A stretch of DNA of 64,000 nt from an uncultured virus (IMG/VR IMGVR_UViG_3300032327_000778) (lineage: Duplodnaviria > Heunggongvirae > Uroviricota > Caudoviricetes): the IMG/VR virus record IMGVR_UViG_3300032327_000778; one strand, given 5' to 3'. Shown piece by piece: positions 36,964 through 49,600 of this stretch; the stretch's first letter is position 1, and the number at the start of each line of letters is the position of its first letter. The position numbers and the translations under genes are program-made. Under the pieces are notes generated by a model. It did no database searches, had not been told where the DNA came from, and was given only the letters and a program-made list of their open reading frames with translations.

Positions 36964-37565
36964 CTGATACAAGTCTAGACTTAATTACAGATGCTGGAGC
37001 CGTATTGTGGTCTATGGTTTATGGTGAGCAATTAGAATTTCCTATTACCTTAAATTTTATTATAGACGCAAGTGTTCAACCCAGCGGTAATTATAACTAC
37101 GAAGCTGTTGTAATTGAAGCAAAAAATGTATTAGGACAAACTGAAAAACCAACAGTTATTGACCCTAGTGCTACAACTACCAGATTATTTGTTAGATTGC
37201 CAGTATTTTTAGGTACCTGGAGCGCACCTCAAACGTATAATAAAGAAGAAGTAGTTTTATACAAAAAAATATACTATAAATTATTATCTGGTGTTGCTTA
37301 TACTAATACGATAACACCTGACTTAGATCCTAATTGGGAAATAACTCAACTTAATAAAATATATGTTCAATTTCCTAAAAGTTTGGGTAGTACTTGGAAT
37401 GTAAAACCACTACCAGATAGTGCTAGTTATGGATTTTTTGAGTTGCGTGTAACTGAGCCTACAGATCCAGTTTTTACTCGTACATTTAAACCTGTTCGTG
37501 GTATGGTAGAGTTGTTATTTAGTCCCACAAATGATACTGCTGACGTACTCAATCAAACCGTATAA
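36945..37565 (+). CDS. Virion protein, possible collar / fibre-attachment (BppU-like)
   Basis: YGFFELRVTE...RGMVELLFSP; internal W...TY...EVV.Y...YY module; context. Confidence 0.5.
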   Translation: MARSRLTDTSLDLITDAGAVLWSMVYGEQLEFPITLNFIIDASVQPSGNYNYEAVVIEAKNVLGQTEKPTVIDPSATTTRLFVRLPVFLGTWSAPQTYNKEEVVLYKKIYYKLLSGVAYTNTITPDLDPNWEITQLNKIYVQFPKSLGSTWNVKPLPDSASYGFFELRVTEPTDPVFTRTFKPVRGMVELLFSPTNDTADVLNQTV

Positions 37566-37576
37566 AGGAATCTAAA

Positions 37577-40500
37577 ATGGCACTAGGGATTACTACTACA
37601 AATACTACGCCGACTCCTATTACTACTGAAACAGTAGTTCCGGAAACGACTAATGGTGGAGTAATACCTGGTGTCACGCCTAATAGTAAAGATAGTTTAG
37701 TAACACAAACTAATACTACACCTACACTTGCAAACAATACCGTTGTTCCAGATCTTATAACTTCTGTTAGTACTACTGGAGTGACTACTACACAGGATGT
37801 AACGCCTATAACTGCAACTACAGGTAAATTTGCTAGAGGACTAGATAAACTAAAGTTAAAACATCCTATAGCTAAACAACCACAAAAAGTACTTGAAGAT
37901 ATTAGCACTACTATTGATACTTTTAATAGCATAGTTGCCTATGTCCGAGATATTGCAGACTCGGCATTTTTTACTGATAATTATATTGAATTTTCAGCTA
38001 ATAAAGGTGTAAGAACTCAAGGTACAACATCAGATTCTATTATTACTCAAATAGGTTATGGTAGAAAATTAGCAAGTGCTATTAATTTTGCAGACTTAGG
38101 AATTGAATATAACCTTAGTGCAAATTATAGTGATACAACTACACTTAGTGAATTTATTGATATAGCACTAAGGTATATCAGGGATATAACTGGGCAAGAC
38201 AGTGCTAGTATACTAGATGCAGAAATAAATAATTCACTTAATAGTTTTAAAACTGATACTAGTGTAATAACTGATGTTTTAGCTAATTTATTTAGTGCGG
38301 AAATAGCTAATCCTAGCCTAGCCCATATTGTTAGCGATGCCGAATATACATACAGTATATTAAAATTTTTAGAAAGCTACCTACTAGTTGCTACAGAAAC
38401 ACCAATAACTCCTTATAAGTTATTTGATGATCAATTACTAGTACAAGAAATTGATGAACGAGTCTGGAATATTTTTAGAAAATTTTCTGATGCTGTAGTA
38501 TCCACCGATGATTACTACGGTGCAAGCAATATTGACGATGATCAATATGCTAATTTTAATAAAGGTATTGCTGATAGTTTAGCGCTTGGTGACATTGTTG
38601 ATGTAATACCAGTATTTTCACTTTATATTGTACTAGCTGATTACTATAGCAGTATTGATACTCCAAATATTTTAACTAATAAATTACTAGACAGTAGTAT
38701 AAATTCTGGAACTAATGAATTAACAGAATTTACCACTATTAAAGGTGTAATAGATTCTATTAGATTTAATGAAATTGCACAATTTAATAATACGCTAATA
38801 AAATACAGTCCTATAACAATTATAGAAGATTTTATTGTTGCACAGGGCAGGACTTTATATAGTCCCGCACGCCCCGTAGATTCACCAAAGTTTACCGCAC
38901 AAAATCTAGTATTAGATATTGTAAATAGTACCGACGCTTTAATACCAGAAATGACTTTTAGAAGGTTATTACAAAGTACTGGACTACTTAACGATAATGA
39001 ACGTACTTTAAATGTTACAAAATACGCTATAAATCCTGTAGTATCAAGATCAGAAACTAGTATTTTAAAAGGCAGTTTTCTTAATCAAGAAACTGTAAGT
39101 AATTTAGATTATTTTTATCGTCAAGTAGACTATAAACGAACAATTATTGATTTAATTACTACTACAGACGATTATTATGGTGCGGCTAATATTGATGATG
39201 ATCAATATGCAAATTTTGATAAACGTGCTAGTGAAGAATTAAACCTACGAGAAAGATTTGCAAAGTATTTTACAACTGTAAAAGCCGATAGTTTTTACAG
39301 CATTAGTACACCTAAAATAGAATTAGCTAATTATTACTATGATTTAACCAGGGTATCAGAACTAGAATCTGCACAATATTTCAAAGTTAACAGAGATAAT
39401 TTAACTACAACTAATCCTATAGTTATAGATACTACTAAGCCGCTAGAAACGCTATTAGCTGTATCTGACCCTTATTTTTCAATATCAGAATTTAAAAGAT
39501 CATTTAATGATCAGGCAAATGCTATTAGTAGTAATAGTATTTTAGTAACTATTCCTGAAACAGACAGCGTATTTCAAACTGCAACTTTTAGTAGACTAGT
39601 TAATTATGTCAGAGAAATAGCAGAAAATAAAGTATTTAGTGAACTAGTTGTAAATACTGCACGATTGGGTAAGTTAGAAACAACAGCAATTCGTGACGAT
39701 TTTGAACGTAGATTTATTAGACAAACAGGTGATTCACAATTATCGCATAGTGAAGTATTTAGAAAAGTAGCTAACTATGTGCGAGTTATTGAAGATCTAA
39801 TTAATATCACAGATGACTATTACGGCGCGGCAAATATTGATGACGATCAAGTTGCTACAGTAAAAAAACGATTAACTGATCCTGTAGATATAAATGATTT
39901 AGATTTATTTATACTTAAAAATTTATATACTACAGCAAATAGTACTACAGCAATTTTAAATCCTATTAGTTTAAATTCAACTAAACCCATATTTGACATA
40001 ACTCAATCTAGTGAATTTAGTTACAGTAATGTTTTCAAAGTATTAACTGAACCATTAAGTTTATCAGAAATTAGGTATGCTAATGTAAGCAATGTGCTAA
40101 GAAGTACTTTAACTGCTACGGATCCTTATTTTTCAATTTCTGAATTTAATAGATTTTATATTGATAGAATAAATACTACTGATTATGTAGAGTCTATTAA
40201 TACCAGTATTATTAAATCTGATCAAGTATCTATACAAGATTATTATTCTAGGGTTGCTAATTTTTACAGACAGGTTTACGAAACAAAAACTTTATCTGAA
40301 CAAACTAAAGTATATTTTTTAAAAGAGGATGTTGAATTACTTAATACTGATGATAGTAAAGCAGCAAGAGTTAGAAAATATCCTGATAATGACCTAGTTT
40401 TACAAACAGATGATTTTAATACTGTTGTTGATTTTATTCGTAGTTTTCAAGATTTTGTAGATGTTACTGATGATTATTATGCTCAATCAAATATTGATGA

Positions 40501-41503
40501 TGATCAATATGCTGATTTTATTAAAAGTATAACAGATATTGTAACTATTGGCGAGGCAGTTGACGTACTGCCAATAACTTTTACACTTTATACTCCTCAA
40601 CAGGAATCGTTTACAAGTAGCGACAAGCCTATTTTATTTGTTAGTAAATATCCAAGTATTGAAACAGTATCTAACTACAAAGAATTTTATGTAGAATTTA
40701 ATAAATACACAACAGATACACTATATAACTATAGTTTACCTAAAGCATTTGTTAGTACGGTAATGAATGATAGTACTATTACTACTAGTGACAGTATAGA
40801 TTTTACAAACGTTGTTTATATAGACTTTTTATTAGAGATTATTGGCACCGACGATTATGAATATAGTTTAGAAACTAGAGCAGTAAAAGCAGACAGTATA
40901 ACCCCCTCTGATGTTTCTAGCTATATAATGGTATATAGACGAGCTTTAATTGAAATAATGGCTTTTAACAGCGGTATTGAAAAAAGATATATACAGGTTA
41001 ATAAAGACTTAGATAATACAAATAATTATGTGTATTTAACAAATAATGATGTACGTTACTCTAAACCTGGTAAAGGTGTTGCAGATCAAAGTTTTATCTT
41101 TGAAGATTTTGTTACTAGTTTAACCTCGTCTTTTGGTTTATATGATACAGTAAGACCTACAGACGATTATTATGGTGCAAGCAATATTGATGATGATCAA
41201 TATGCAACTTTTAATAAAACCGCTGTTGATTCCTTTACTAAATCTGAAAGATTTATATATTCAGCACTACTAGAAAAAAGAGAAACGGTTAATAAAACCG
41301 AAGAAATTAAACTAAATATTGGAAAAAAATTACTAGAAACACTACACTTTACAGAAACTTTTACGTACGATAAATACGCAGTTACACTATTCTCAGACCA
41401 AATTCTTAAATCCGATTCTGGAACTATTAATAACCAGAATTATTTTGCCAGTACTTATGTTGCGCCAGGATATGCCGGCACAAATAGAACTATTGGTAGT
41501 TAA
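37577..41503 (+). CDS. Long repetitive virion protein (1308 aa)
   Basis: Five TDDYY(G/A)xxNIDDDQ motifs about 220 aa apart. Confidence 0.75.
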   Translation: MALGITTTNTTPTPITTETVVPETTNGGVIPGVTPNSKDSLVTQTNTTPTLANNTVVPDLITSVSTTGVTTTQDVTPITATTGKFARGLDKLKLKHPIAKQPQKVLEDISTTIDTFNSIVAYVRDIADSAFFTDNYIEFSANKGVRTQGTTSDSIITQIGYGRKLASAINFADLGIEYNLSANYSDTTTLSEFIDIALRYIRDITGQDSASILDAEINNSLNSFKTDTSVITDVLANLFSAEIANPSLAHIVSDAEYTYSILKFLESYLLVATETPITPYKLFDDQLLVQEIDERVWNIFRKFSDAVVSTDDYYGASNIDDDQYANFNKGIADSLALGDIVDVIPVFSLYIVLADYYSSIDTPNILTNKLLDSSINSGTNELTEFTTIKGVIDSIRFNEIAQFNNTLIKYSPITIIEDFIVAQGRTLYSPARPVDSPKFTAQNLVLDIVNSTDALIPEMTFRRLLQSTGLLNDNERTLNVTKYAINPVVSRSETSILKGSFLNQETVSNLDYFYRQVDYKRTIIDLITTTDDYYGAANIDDDQYANFDKRASEELNLRERFAKYFTTVKADSFYSISTPKIELANYYYDLTRVSELESAQYFKVNRDNLTTTNPIVIDTTKPLETLLAVSDPYFSISEFKRSFNDQANAISSNSILVTIPETDSVFQTATFSRLVNYVREIAENKVFSELVVNTARLGKLETTAIRDDFERRFIRQTGDSQLSHSEVFRKVANYVRVIEDLINITDDYYGAANIDDDQVATVKKRLTDPVDINDLDLFILKNLYTTANSTTAILNPISLNSTKPIFDITQSSEFSYSNVFKVLTEPLSLSEIRYANVSNVLRSTLTATDPYFSISEFNRFYIDRINTTDYVESINTSIIKSDQVSIQDYYSRVANFYRQVYETKTLSEQTKVYFLKEDVELLNTDDSKAARVRKYPDNDLVLQTDDFNTVVDFIRSFQDFVDVTDDYYAQSNIDDDQYADFIKSITDIVTIGEAVDVLPITFTLYTPQQESFTSSDKPILFVSKYPSIETVSNYKEFYVEFNKYTTDTLYNYSLPKAFVSTVMNDSTITTSDSIDFTNVVYIDFLLEIIGTDDYEYSLETRAVKADSITPSDVSSYIMVYRRALIEIMAFNSGIEKRYIQVNKDLDNTNNYVYLTNNDVRYSKPGKGVADQSFIFEDFVTSLTSSFGLYDTVRPTDDYYGASNIDDDQYATFNKTAVDSFTKSERFIYSALLEKRETVNKTEEIKLNIGKKLLETLHFTETFTYDKYAVTLFSDQILKSDSGTINNQNYFASTYVAPGYAGTNRTIGS

Positions 41504-41524
41504 TTTTTTTAAAGGAAAATTGTC

Positions 41525-41986
41525 ATGTTAAATGATTCACTAAAAGCCAATGGCGTCTTGCAACTAACACTCTTAGATGCTGCTGGCAACGTTAAAGAAG
41601 AGTACCAACACGTTAATACAGTTGTTGGTACAGGGCTGGCTTATATTGCTAGTCGCATGAAAGACACTTCGGCTACCGCTATGTCGCATATGGGCATTGG
41701 TAGCGGTAGTACTGCAGCAGCAGTTGCAGATACTGCGTTGGGTAGCCAACTTGCACGTGTTGCACTAGATTCTGGTTCGCCATCAATTGTAACTACAACT
41801 GTTACAAATGATAGTATTCAGTATGTTGCCACATTTGCTGCAGGTACGGGTACTGGTGCTGTTACTGAAGCCGGTATTTTTAATGCAGGTACTAGTGGCA
41901 CAATGCTTTGCCGTACAGTATTTGCAGTTATTAACAAAGGTGCGCTGGATACCCTAGTTATCACTTGGAAAGTTACAGTAGCTTAA
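41525..41986 (+). CDS. Conserved phage structural protein (tail-collar / fibre N-domain-like)
   Basis: MGIGSG.TAA...DTAL, TEAGIFNA, ML.RTVF.VINK. Confidence 0.7.
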   Translation: MLNDSLKANGVLQLTLLDAAGNVKEEYQHVNTVVGTGLAYIASRMKDTSATAMSHMGIGSGSTAAAVADTALGSQLARVALDSGSPSIVTTTVTNDSIQYVATFAAGTGTGAVTEAGIFNAGTSGTMLCRTVFAVINKGALDTLVITWKVTVA

Positions 41987-42004
41987 TTTAAATAAGGGAC
42001 GATC

Positions 42005-43621
42005 ATGGCAACTATTGTCACAAGAGAAGTTGGGGCGAGTAACGTTGGTCGTCCCTTAACCAACACAGAGCTAGATAATAATTTTATTAATCTTAATACT
42101 GCTATTGCTAATGTATTGCCTAGTCAAACCAGTAATTCAGGATTATTTTTAACCACAAACGGTAGTGCAGCTAGCTGGTCAACTATTCCTTTTCCTACCA
42201 CTACTACCTATTTGGCTAATAGTGTTAGTTTAACTAATGGTGTGTATATTAGCGGTACTGTAAGCAGTATTCAGACCTATGGTGACTATGCTGCAGGTAA
42301 CTACTATAATTTTACTGATGGTACGGGTACTGGACCTGCTTGGATTTTGACCGTTGGATTTACTAATATAGTAAAATTTAATAGAGCTGTATTAAACATT
42401 AACTATAGCCCAAATTCAGGTCATACAATTTATGTAGATTTATATAACTACACATCTAGTAGTTGGGATTCTATTGGTAGTTATACTGGTTTAAATGGTT
42501 ATTATCAATTTGCATTAGAAGTACTTTCATCTACTCCGTATATTAGTGGCGGAGCTACACAACTTAGATTATATCATAGCAATGGTGGTAATGCTAGTCA
42601 TGAAACCAGAGTAGACTACATTGCACTAGAAAATTCTGTGCAAGGTGCCCAAGGCCCTAGAGGTGCAACAGGTGCAACAGGTGCAACAGGCTCTCCTGGT
42701 AGCGGCGTTCCTACTGGCGGCACTGCTAATCAAATATTAGTAAAAAATAGCAGTACAGATTATGATGTTAGTTTTGCAAATATTACCACAGGATATTTAA
42801 GTGATGTAACAATTACTAGCGCAGTTAATAATCAAATCCTGCAATATGATAGTACTACTAGTAAATGGAAAAATGTTACCTCTCCATATGCTCCATTAGC
42901 AAGTCCCAATTTTACTGGCACTGTTAGTGGTGTTACTAAGGCTATGGTTGGTTTAGGTAATGTTGAAAATACTGCATTAAGTACTTGGACTGGTAGCACA
43001 AATATTACTAGTTTAGGTACTGTTACTGTTGGCAGTGCACCAGCTAGTGATGTATATGCTTGGGCTAAAGCTGCAACCAAACCTAGTTATACTGCTGCGG
43101 ATGTTGGCTTGGGTAATGTTACCAATGAAAGTAAAGCAACAATGTTTGCCAATTCTACTTTTACAGGTACAACTACAATAGCTACGGCTAGTATGACTAA
43201 TGGATCAGTATCTACCGCACCTAGTAACAATAATGATTTAGTAAATAAAGTATATAGTGATAGTGGTACACAAACACTATCTAATAAACGAATTCAAACT
43301 CGAGTAAATGTAGCTGCTAGTTCAACTACTTGGGCTATTAATGCAGACAATTGTGATACAACTGAAATGGTTATGACTGGTGCAGCTGGTACAATGCTAA
43401 TAAGTGCGCCTACTGGAACTCCACTAAACGGTCAAAAATTAATTTATAAACTTCAATGTACTTATGCACAAACTTTAAGCTGGGCAAGTATTTTTCAAGG
43501 TTCTACTGATTTAAGCCTCCCCTCTCCTAGTAGCGGTAATAGTAAGTGGGATTTTTATGGCTTTATCTATAACTCTACTCCAGCAAAGTGGCAACTAGTA
43601 GCAAAAATGGCGGGATTTTAA
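42005..43621 (+). CDS. Tail fibre protein with short collagen-like segment
   Basis: PLTN.ELD.NF.NLN N-terminus; GXY repeat 42644-42700; VGLGNV.N repeats. Confidence 0.75.
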   Translation: MATIVTREVGASNVGRPLTNTELDNNFINLNTAIANVLPSQTSNSGLFLTTNGSAASWSTIPFPTTTTYLANSVSLTNGVYISGTVSSIQTYGDYAAGNYYNFTDGTGTGPAWILTVGFTNIVKFNRAVLNINYSPNSGHTIYVDLYNYTSSSWDSIGSYTGLNGYYQFALEVLSSTPYISGGATQLRLYHSNGGNASHETRVDYIALENSVQGAQGPRGATGATGATGSPGSGVPTGGTANQILVKNSSTDYDVSFANITTGYLSDVTITSAVNNQILQYDSTTSKWKNVTSPYAPLASPNFTGTVSGVTKAMVGLGNVENTALSTWTGSTNITSLGTVTVGSAPASDVYAWAKAATKPSYTAADVGLGNVTNESKATMFANSTFTGTTTIATASMTNGSVSTAPSNNNDLVNKVYSDSGTQTLSNKRIQTRVNVAASSTTWAINADNCDTTEMVMTGAAGTMLISAPTGTPLNGQKLIYKLQCTYAQTLSWASIFQGSTDLSLPSPSSGNSKWDFYGFIYNSTPAKWQLVAKMAGF

Positions 43622-43633
43622 TAGGTACCAATA

Positions 43634-46600
43634 ATGGCAAATAAAACTTGGCTTGGAAATGCTAGTACTTGGGCTACTACGACTCAGTGGAATCCAACCG
43701 GCGCAGTTGCAGCCGCTGACAATGTATTTATTAATGGTGGTACTGTTACAGTAGCTGGTCAAACCTGTGCTAATTTAAATATTGGTGGTAACTGTACTAT
43801 TGCAGGAACTAGCCTAATTGTTACTGGTAATTTGTATGTTGCCAGTGGATCTACACTAACGTTTAGTGGCACCTCAACACTTACAGTAAGCGGTAACTTG
43901 TATGTTGATGGAGCAATTCAACAAAGTAGCACTACAGGTAGTCTTGTTCTTGGTGGAGCAGGTAACGTTGAAGGTAGATTTGGTAGTAGTAGTAACTATG
44001 TAAGAGTAACCATTGCTAAAACTGCTATAGCTAATACGGTTACTTTTAGTACTGATTTACATTGCGAATATGTAAATACTACTACTGCAGGGTTTACATT
44101 TACTAGTGGCACCATAAATCAAAATGGCTTTACAATATATACTCGTACATTAAATAATGCCAGTGCCACTGCTAGAAACTGGGCTATGAGTGGTAACTTA
44201 TACATTACTTTAGGTACAACAGGTACAAGTGTTAGCGCTTCTCAAATTACTTGTACATATACAGATAGAGGTGGAGCAATTAGAACCAGTGGAGTAGTAA
44301 GTACACAAACTATGACATTTGGTAGTGGTGCTCCTAGTACTTGCCCTAGACTATTTTTAGATAATGATGTTACTTACGTTATTAGTGGTGCTTTGTGGGA
44401 CTTTTATCCAAATGGCACACACACAGGCGCTGCTACTTTAGTTGTATTTAATGAGCTAACGGATGCAGCTTCAACTAATAAAACGTATACTGGCATGACC
44501 CTAAACCGGGTAGCTTCTTCAGCTGGTACTAATTTAAGCACTAACTGTTCAGCAAGATTTGGTACTGTAAACTTTTATGGTGCTTGGACTAGCGGTACTA
44601 CTTATACAAGTTCAGCAACACATAACGTTGATTTTTGTCGCGCTAATACTATTACTAATATAGGAATTGCTAATTGCACTTGGAACTTTAATAATATTGA
44701 AATTGGTGCAACTTTTACTATAAACCAGCTTAGTACTGGTACAAAAAGCACAGTAACTGTTAATAAAGCTAGACCCATTAGTGGCGTAACTGCTACTACT
44801 AATACTTGGGGCTCAAGTGGTACTGGGACTGCTGGTTGGGATATTTTTATTGAAGACTGGGACGTACCTGGTAGTATTAGTCATGGTGGTGGTAACCTAT
44901 ACATTGGTTATGTTAGTGGTGCTAATACATATACTACTAATTTTACACACGCTACTACTAGTCGTGCACAAAATTTTGGTACTTATTGGGGTCAGCCAAC
45001 TTGGATTGTTAGTAAAAGTAATCAATCTGGTGCACCTACAAATGGTGCTGTAAATCTTAATGCAACTAATTTTACTTGTAATAGTACAAATGGTGGTTGG
45101 AAATTAGCTGGTACTGGTAGTAATGCTCTTGGGGCAATGAATAACACTACCCAACAAATTTTGGTTTATGTGACAGGTAGTAATGTTACAATTGGTAGTG
45201 GTACTATTGCTTACCTAGGCATTGAAGATGGCGGCGCAATTATTGCTAATAGTACCTTGACTATTAATAAAGGCTATATTTATCGCACTGGTGATAATCC
45301 CGGTGCACTTACAGGGTTAAATTTAACGTTAACTACCAGTGATAGTTATAATTATAACTTTGATAAAAAAATTGGTACACTTACTCTAGCTACTAGCAAC
45401 CAAACTTGGGCTTTAGATAATGTAGTGTGTACTAACCTTACATTATCTGGAGCTACGGGCTGTACTTATAATTTTGGTGGTGGAGCAGTTTCTGGCACTA
45501 CTGTTTGTAATGTAAATGCAACTTATAATTGGAATGGTGGCACTTTAGGCACTAGTACTGTATGGACTGTTGGGTTTTTCGTTATTAATAGCACTAATTT
45601 TAATGCAGGTGTTCTTACTTTTAATAGCGGACAATTAGTTTTAAATTCTAGTCTTAATACAATAAGTTTTACTAGTGCTAGTGGCAGTACTCGATTTATA
45701 AATTGGGTTCAACAAAGCAGAATTATTAGTAGTGGAACAGGCCAAATTACTATAAATAATCAAACCAATCTAACTTGGGGTACAATAGATAATGATCCTT
45801 ATTGGGTTGGTGGATTTGAGCACGGAGGTTCGGGGCAAGCCACTGGTTTAGCTTGGACTGCTACAGTACCTAGTTTTCGTTTTAATACTTGGCATACTGG
45901 TAGTGGAACTTATAGTGCTTGGTATACTCAAACTTTTAGAGCATTAGCCTACTCAACTTGTACTGGCGCTAGTAGTGTATTTATTGCTGGTGATTTTTAT
46001 GCTGAAAACGGTGTAATTTCACTTAATGGCATAGCACTAACACAAATATTTAGTAGCGGCACTATTATTATGGATGGTGATCCAATTAATATAGCTAGCT
46101 ATACTCATGCTATTAATGATGCAGGCCAACAATATTTAACCAGATTAATAGCAAATAGCATAACTTTAACAGGACAACGTGTAACTTATAATTTTGGCGA
46201 TTTAGCCAATGATTACTATAATTATGTAAAAATTACTACAACTGGTACCTTAACCCTAAACGGTAAAGATGCAACCTATAATTTATATAGAGTTAGAAGT
46301 TACCATACTACTATAGTTGCTGCTGTATCTACTAGCGATACAATGTATGTATATGTTTATGACTATCAACATAATCTTTATGGTTCTACAGATGGTGGTT
46401 GGACTGGTGTTACTAACGGCATTTTTACTATAACCAATGGTCAAGTAACTGTAATGAGTAATTATACTCTACAAACTTACTCATTTCAAAATGGTGATAA
46501 TGCTAGACCTAATAGAGCGCTTAGTTTTGGGGACAATGCTTATTTACAAACTAATGGTGCTGGCTTTATAACTACTATTTATAGCAGTGTTTGTACTTAT

Positions 46601-49600
46601 TACTGTCCATACGACAACTCTGGTTTTATACATAATTCTACTGGTAGTATAACTACTCCAGGAGTAAATCCATTAGGTCAAGATAATTGCATTAATCTTA
46701 CTATACAAAAAGCCGCAACAATTTCTACTAGTTTTACTTGTAGAAATTTTACTATAGTAGATGGTGGTGGGTTTAATAGTGCTACAGTATACGTTTTAAA
46801 AAATTGGACTGGTTATACTACTAACACTGTAAGTGGTTTAACTGTACAACATATATTATATAGCGGAGATATTACTTATACTGGTAATCCTGTTGGTCAA
46901 TATACTCATGCTGTTAACGATACCACTCTAAATGTGTATAATTTGCCAGCTATTAATGTAACACTATCAGGGCGGCGATGTACTTATAATTTAGGCAGTT
47001 TAACTAATCCTGATAATTTTTTATTTATTACTACTACTGGTACTTTAATAATAAGTGGTGAGTCTTCTACTTATAACTTATATAAAGTAAGAACTTATAA
47101 TACTACTATGCAGGGTGGCGTATCTACTTCTGATTTAATATATGTTAATTGTTACGACTATTCGCATAATTTTTATAATAATCTTAATCCTACAGCTTAT
47201 GATAAAACCGAGCCAACTGCTGGTACTTTTACTATAACTAATGGTCAATTAACTGTAAAAAGTGGTTATACTTTAGTTACCCATTCATTTGTTAATGCTG
47301 ATAATGCTAGAACTAATAGAGCTTGTAATTTTGAAAATAATGCCTATATTAAAACTCTTAATACTGGAACATTAAATGTTTTTTATGCTCCTAATTTAAT
47401 TTCAGTTAGCTGCCCATATGATAATTGTGGGTTTTATCACGACAGTACTGGTGGTGTTAATATTACCGGAACACCTACACTAAGTGATCCAAATAGTGCT
47501 TATAATTTAAAATTTGTTCGTAGTTTTGCCATGACAGGCATTAGCTATATAAGACATTTTAGTAATCAAGCCGATAATGACGGTCAAGGGGCTGGAACTA
47601 TTGCTAGTTTTGGCGGTAGCGGTACCATTAATGTTATGGGTAACGTAGATATAACTGGTAATATTTTTGATGGCAATATAGGAGCAAAAACTACTTGGCA
47701 AAGTTTAAACTTTACTTATCCGTGCACTAGCGGTGCTACGCAAACGCTTAGGACATATAGAGATATTATTGATATAGGTGGCGACCCTATTAATAGGATT
47801 AATATTCTTACATTATTAAGTACATTTACAGGTACAGTAAAATTAGTAGCAGATGGTTTTAAATGTGCTAGTGCTGTAATAGATGGTGGTACACTAGATT
47901 TAAATGGTCGCCAATTATATGCACTAACTAGTGTTAGCAGTACAAATGGAACTGCTAATAAAACAATTACTACTACTGCTACAAATTATACAATTCCAGG
48001 TATTTATATTAATGCTACTACTGGAACTCCTTGGAGTTTTGCGTATAGTAACCTATTATATAGTGACTGGCGAGTATGGGTATATGTTAGAGGTGGAACA
48101 GTATCGCATGGAGCTACAGCAAGACAAAGTCAATTTCAACCTAGTTTTGATTTAACAGAACGTGTTAGTGCTTATGCTTTATCACCTACTACTGCTTTTC
48201 AAGTAGGTAGTTTTAAAATTAATAATTATACTGTACCCACTAATAGTGTTTGGAGTGTTGGTGGTCCTGAATTTACATTTTATACAGGTGCTCAAGCAGC
48301 ACCAGCTAATTTTACAGTAAATATTATTGATGGTGGAAACAGTAAAACTACTACACAACTATATGTAGATAATAATACTTTTGCTTGGCCACAGTTTAAT
48401 ATCAGTACAAACTCTACAATAACTTGTCCTAATTTTAAGTTTAAAAATATTAATATAGATGCCGGCACTACTACTGCATCCGGTCAGTTTGTTGAAGTAG
48501 CAGGAGTTTTGGGTGCTTCAGGTTGGGGCAGCGGCACACTAGATATAGGTGGTAGTACTTGGGCATTTAGAGGATCAGGAACCGTTATTAATTATGGTTT
48601 TATTAGTGTTGGATTTTATACTATAAATACTGGTAAAACAGGTGTTTTACAATTTGACGGACTTAATAACACTAATCTAGGGGATCAATATGCAGGATTT
48701 GCTGCTGCTTATGACCTTAATATAGTTAATAATATTTCGTATAATACTGGCACTAGTGTTGGTACTTTATTTCTTGAATCTGGCTATAGCCAAGATACCT
48801 CAAAAGCTCTTCTTAATAATCTTACTTTTGGCTATAATACAGCCAGTATGACTTTTAGATCAGATAAACCTCCAGGTGGAGCCGGATTTCCTCTTAAGGG
48901 TTCTGGATTTAATTTAGGTAAAACCGCTACTAAATATCTTACATCAGTAGGTGGTAATTGGGGCAACAAAGGTCTTTATAATGTTGAAGCTACTAGCGTA
49001 ATAGATGCTAACTATCTTGACTTAACAAGTTGTTTTCCTGCTGGTGGTGGTGGTTGGTATGCTGGACCAAATAGTGTAGATCGTGGTGGAAACACTGGAA
49101 GTAATGGTTGGTATTTTTATAGCCCAGCAACTTTTAGCTTAAGCCGTAGCGCTAGCGCAGTTAATGAGGGTAATAGTGTTACAATTACTTTAACTACTAA
49201 TGCGGCTAATGGCAGTGTTTTACCTTATACAATTACAGGCATTACTAGTGCTGATATTGGTGGAGCTAGTTTAACTGGTAATTTTACAGTTAGTAGTGGT
49301 ACTGCTGCAGTTGTGCTTAATATAGCCAATGATTATACTACTGAAGGTAGTGAAACACTTACACTTTCATTAAATAATGGTTCGGCAAGTATTGCGGTTG
49401 CTATTAACGATACATCATTGACTCCTACGTATAGTTTAAGTAGAAGTATAGCTGCTGTAACTGAAGGCGATAGTTTTACTATTAGTTTATCTACTACTAA
49501 TTTACCAAATGGTGCTCTTGTGCCGTATACAATAACTGGTGTAGATAGTAGTGATATTAATGGTGCTAGTCTAACAGGTAATTTTACAATTAGTGGTAGT

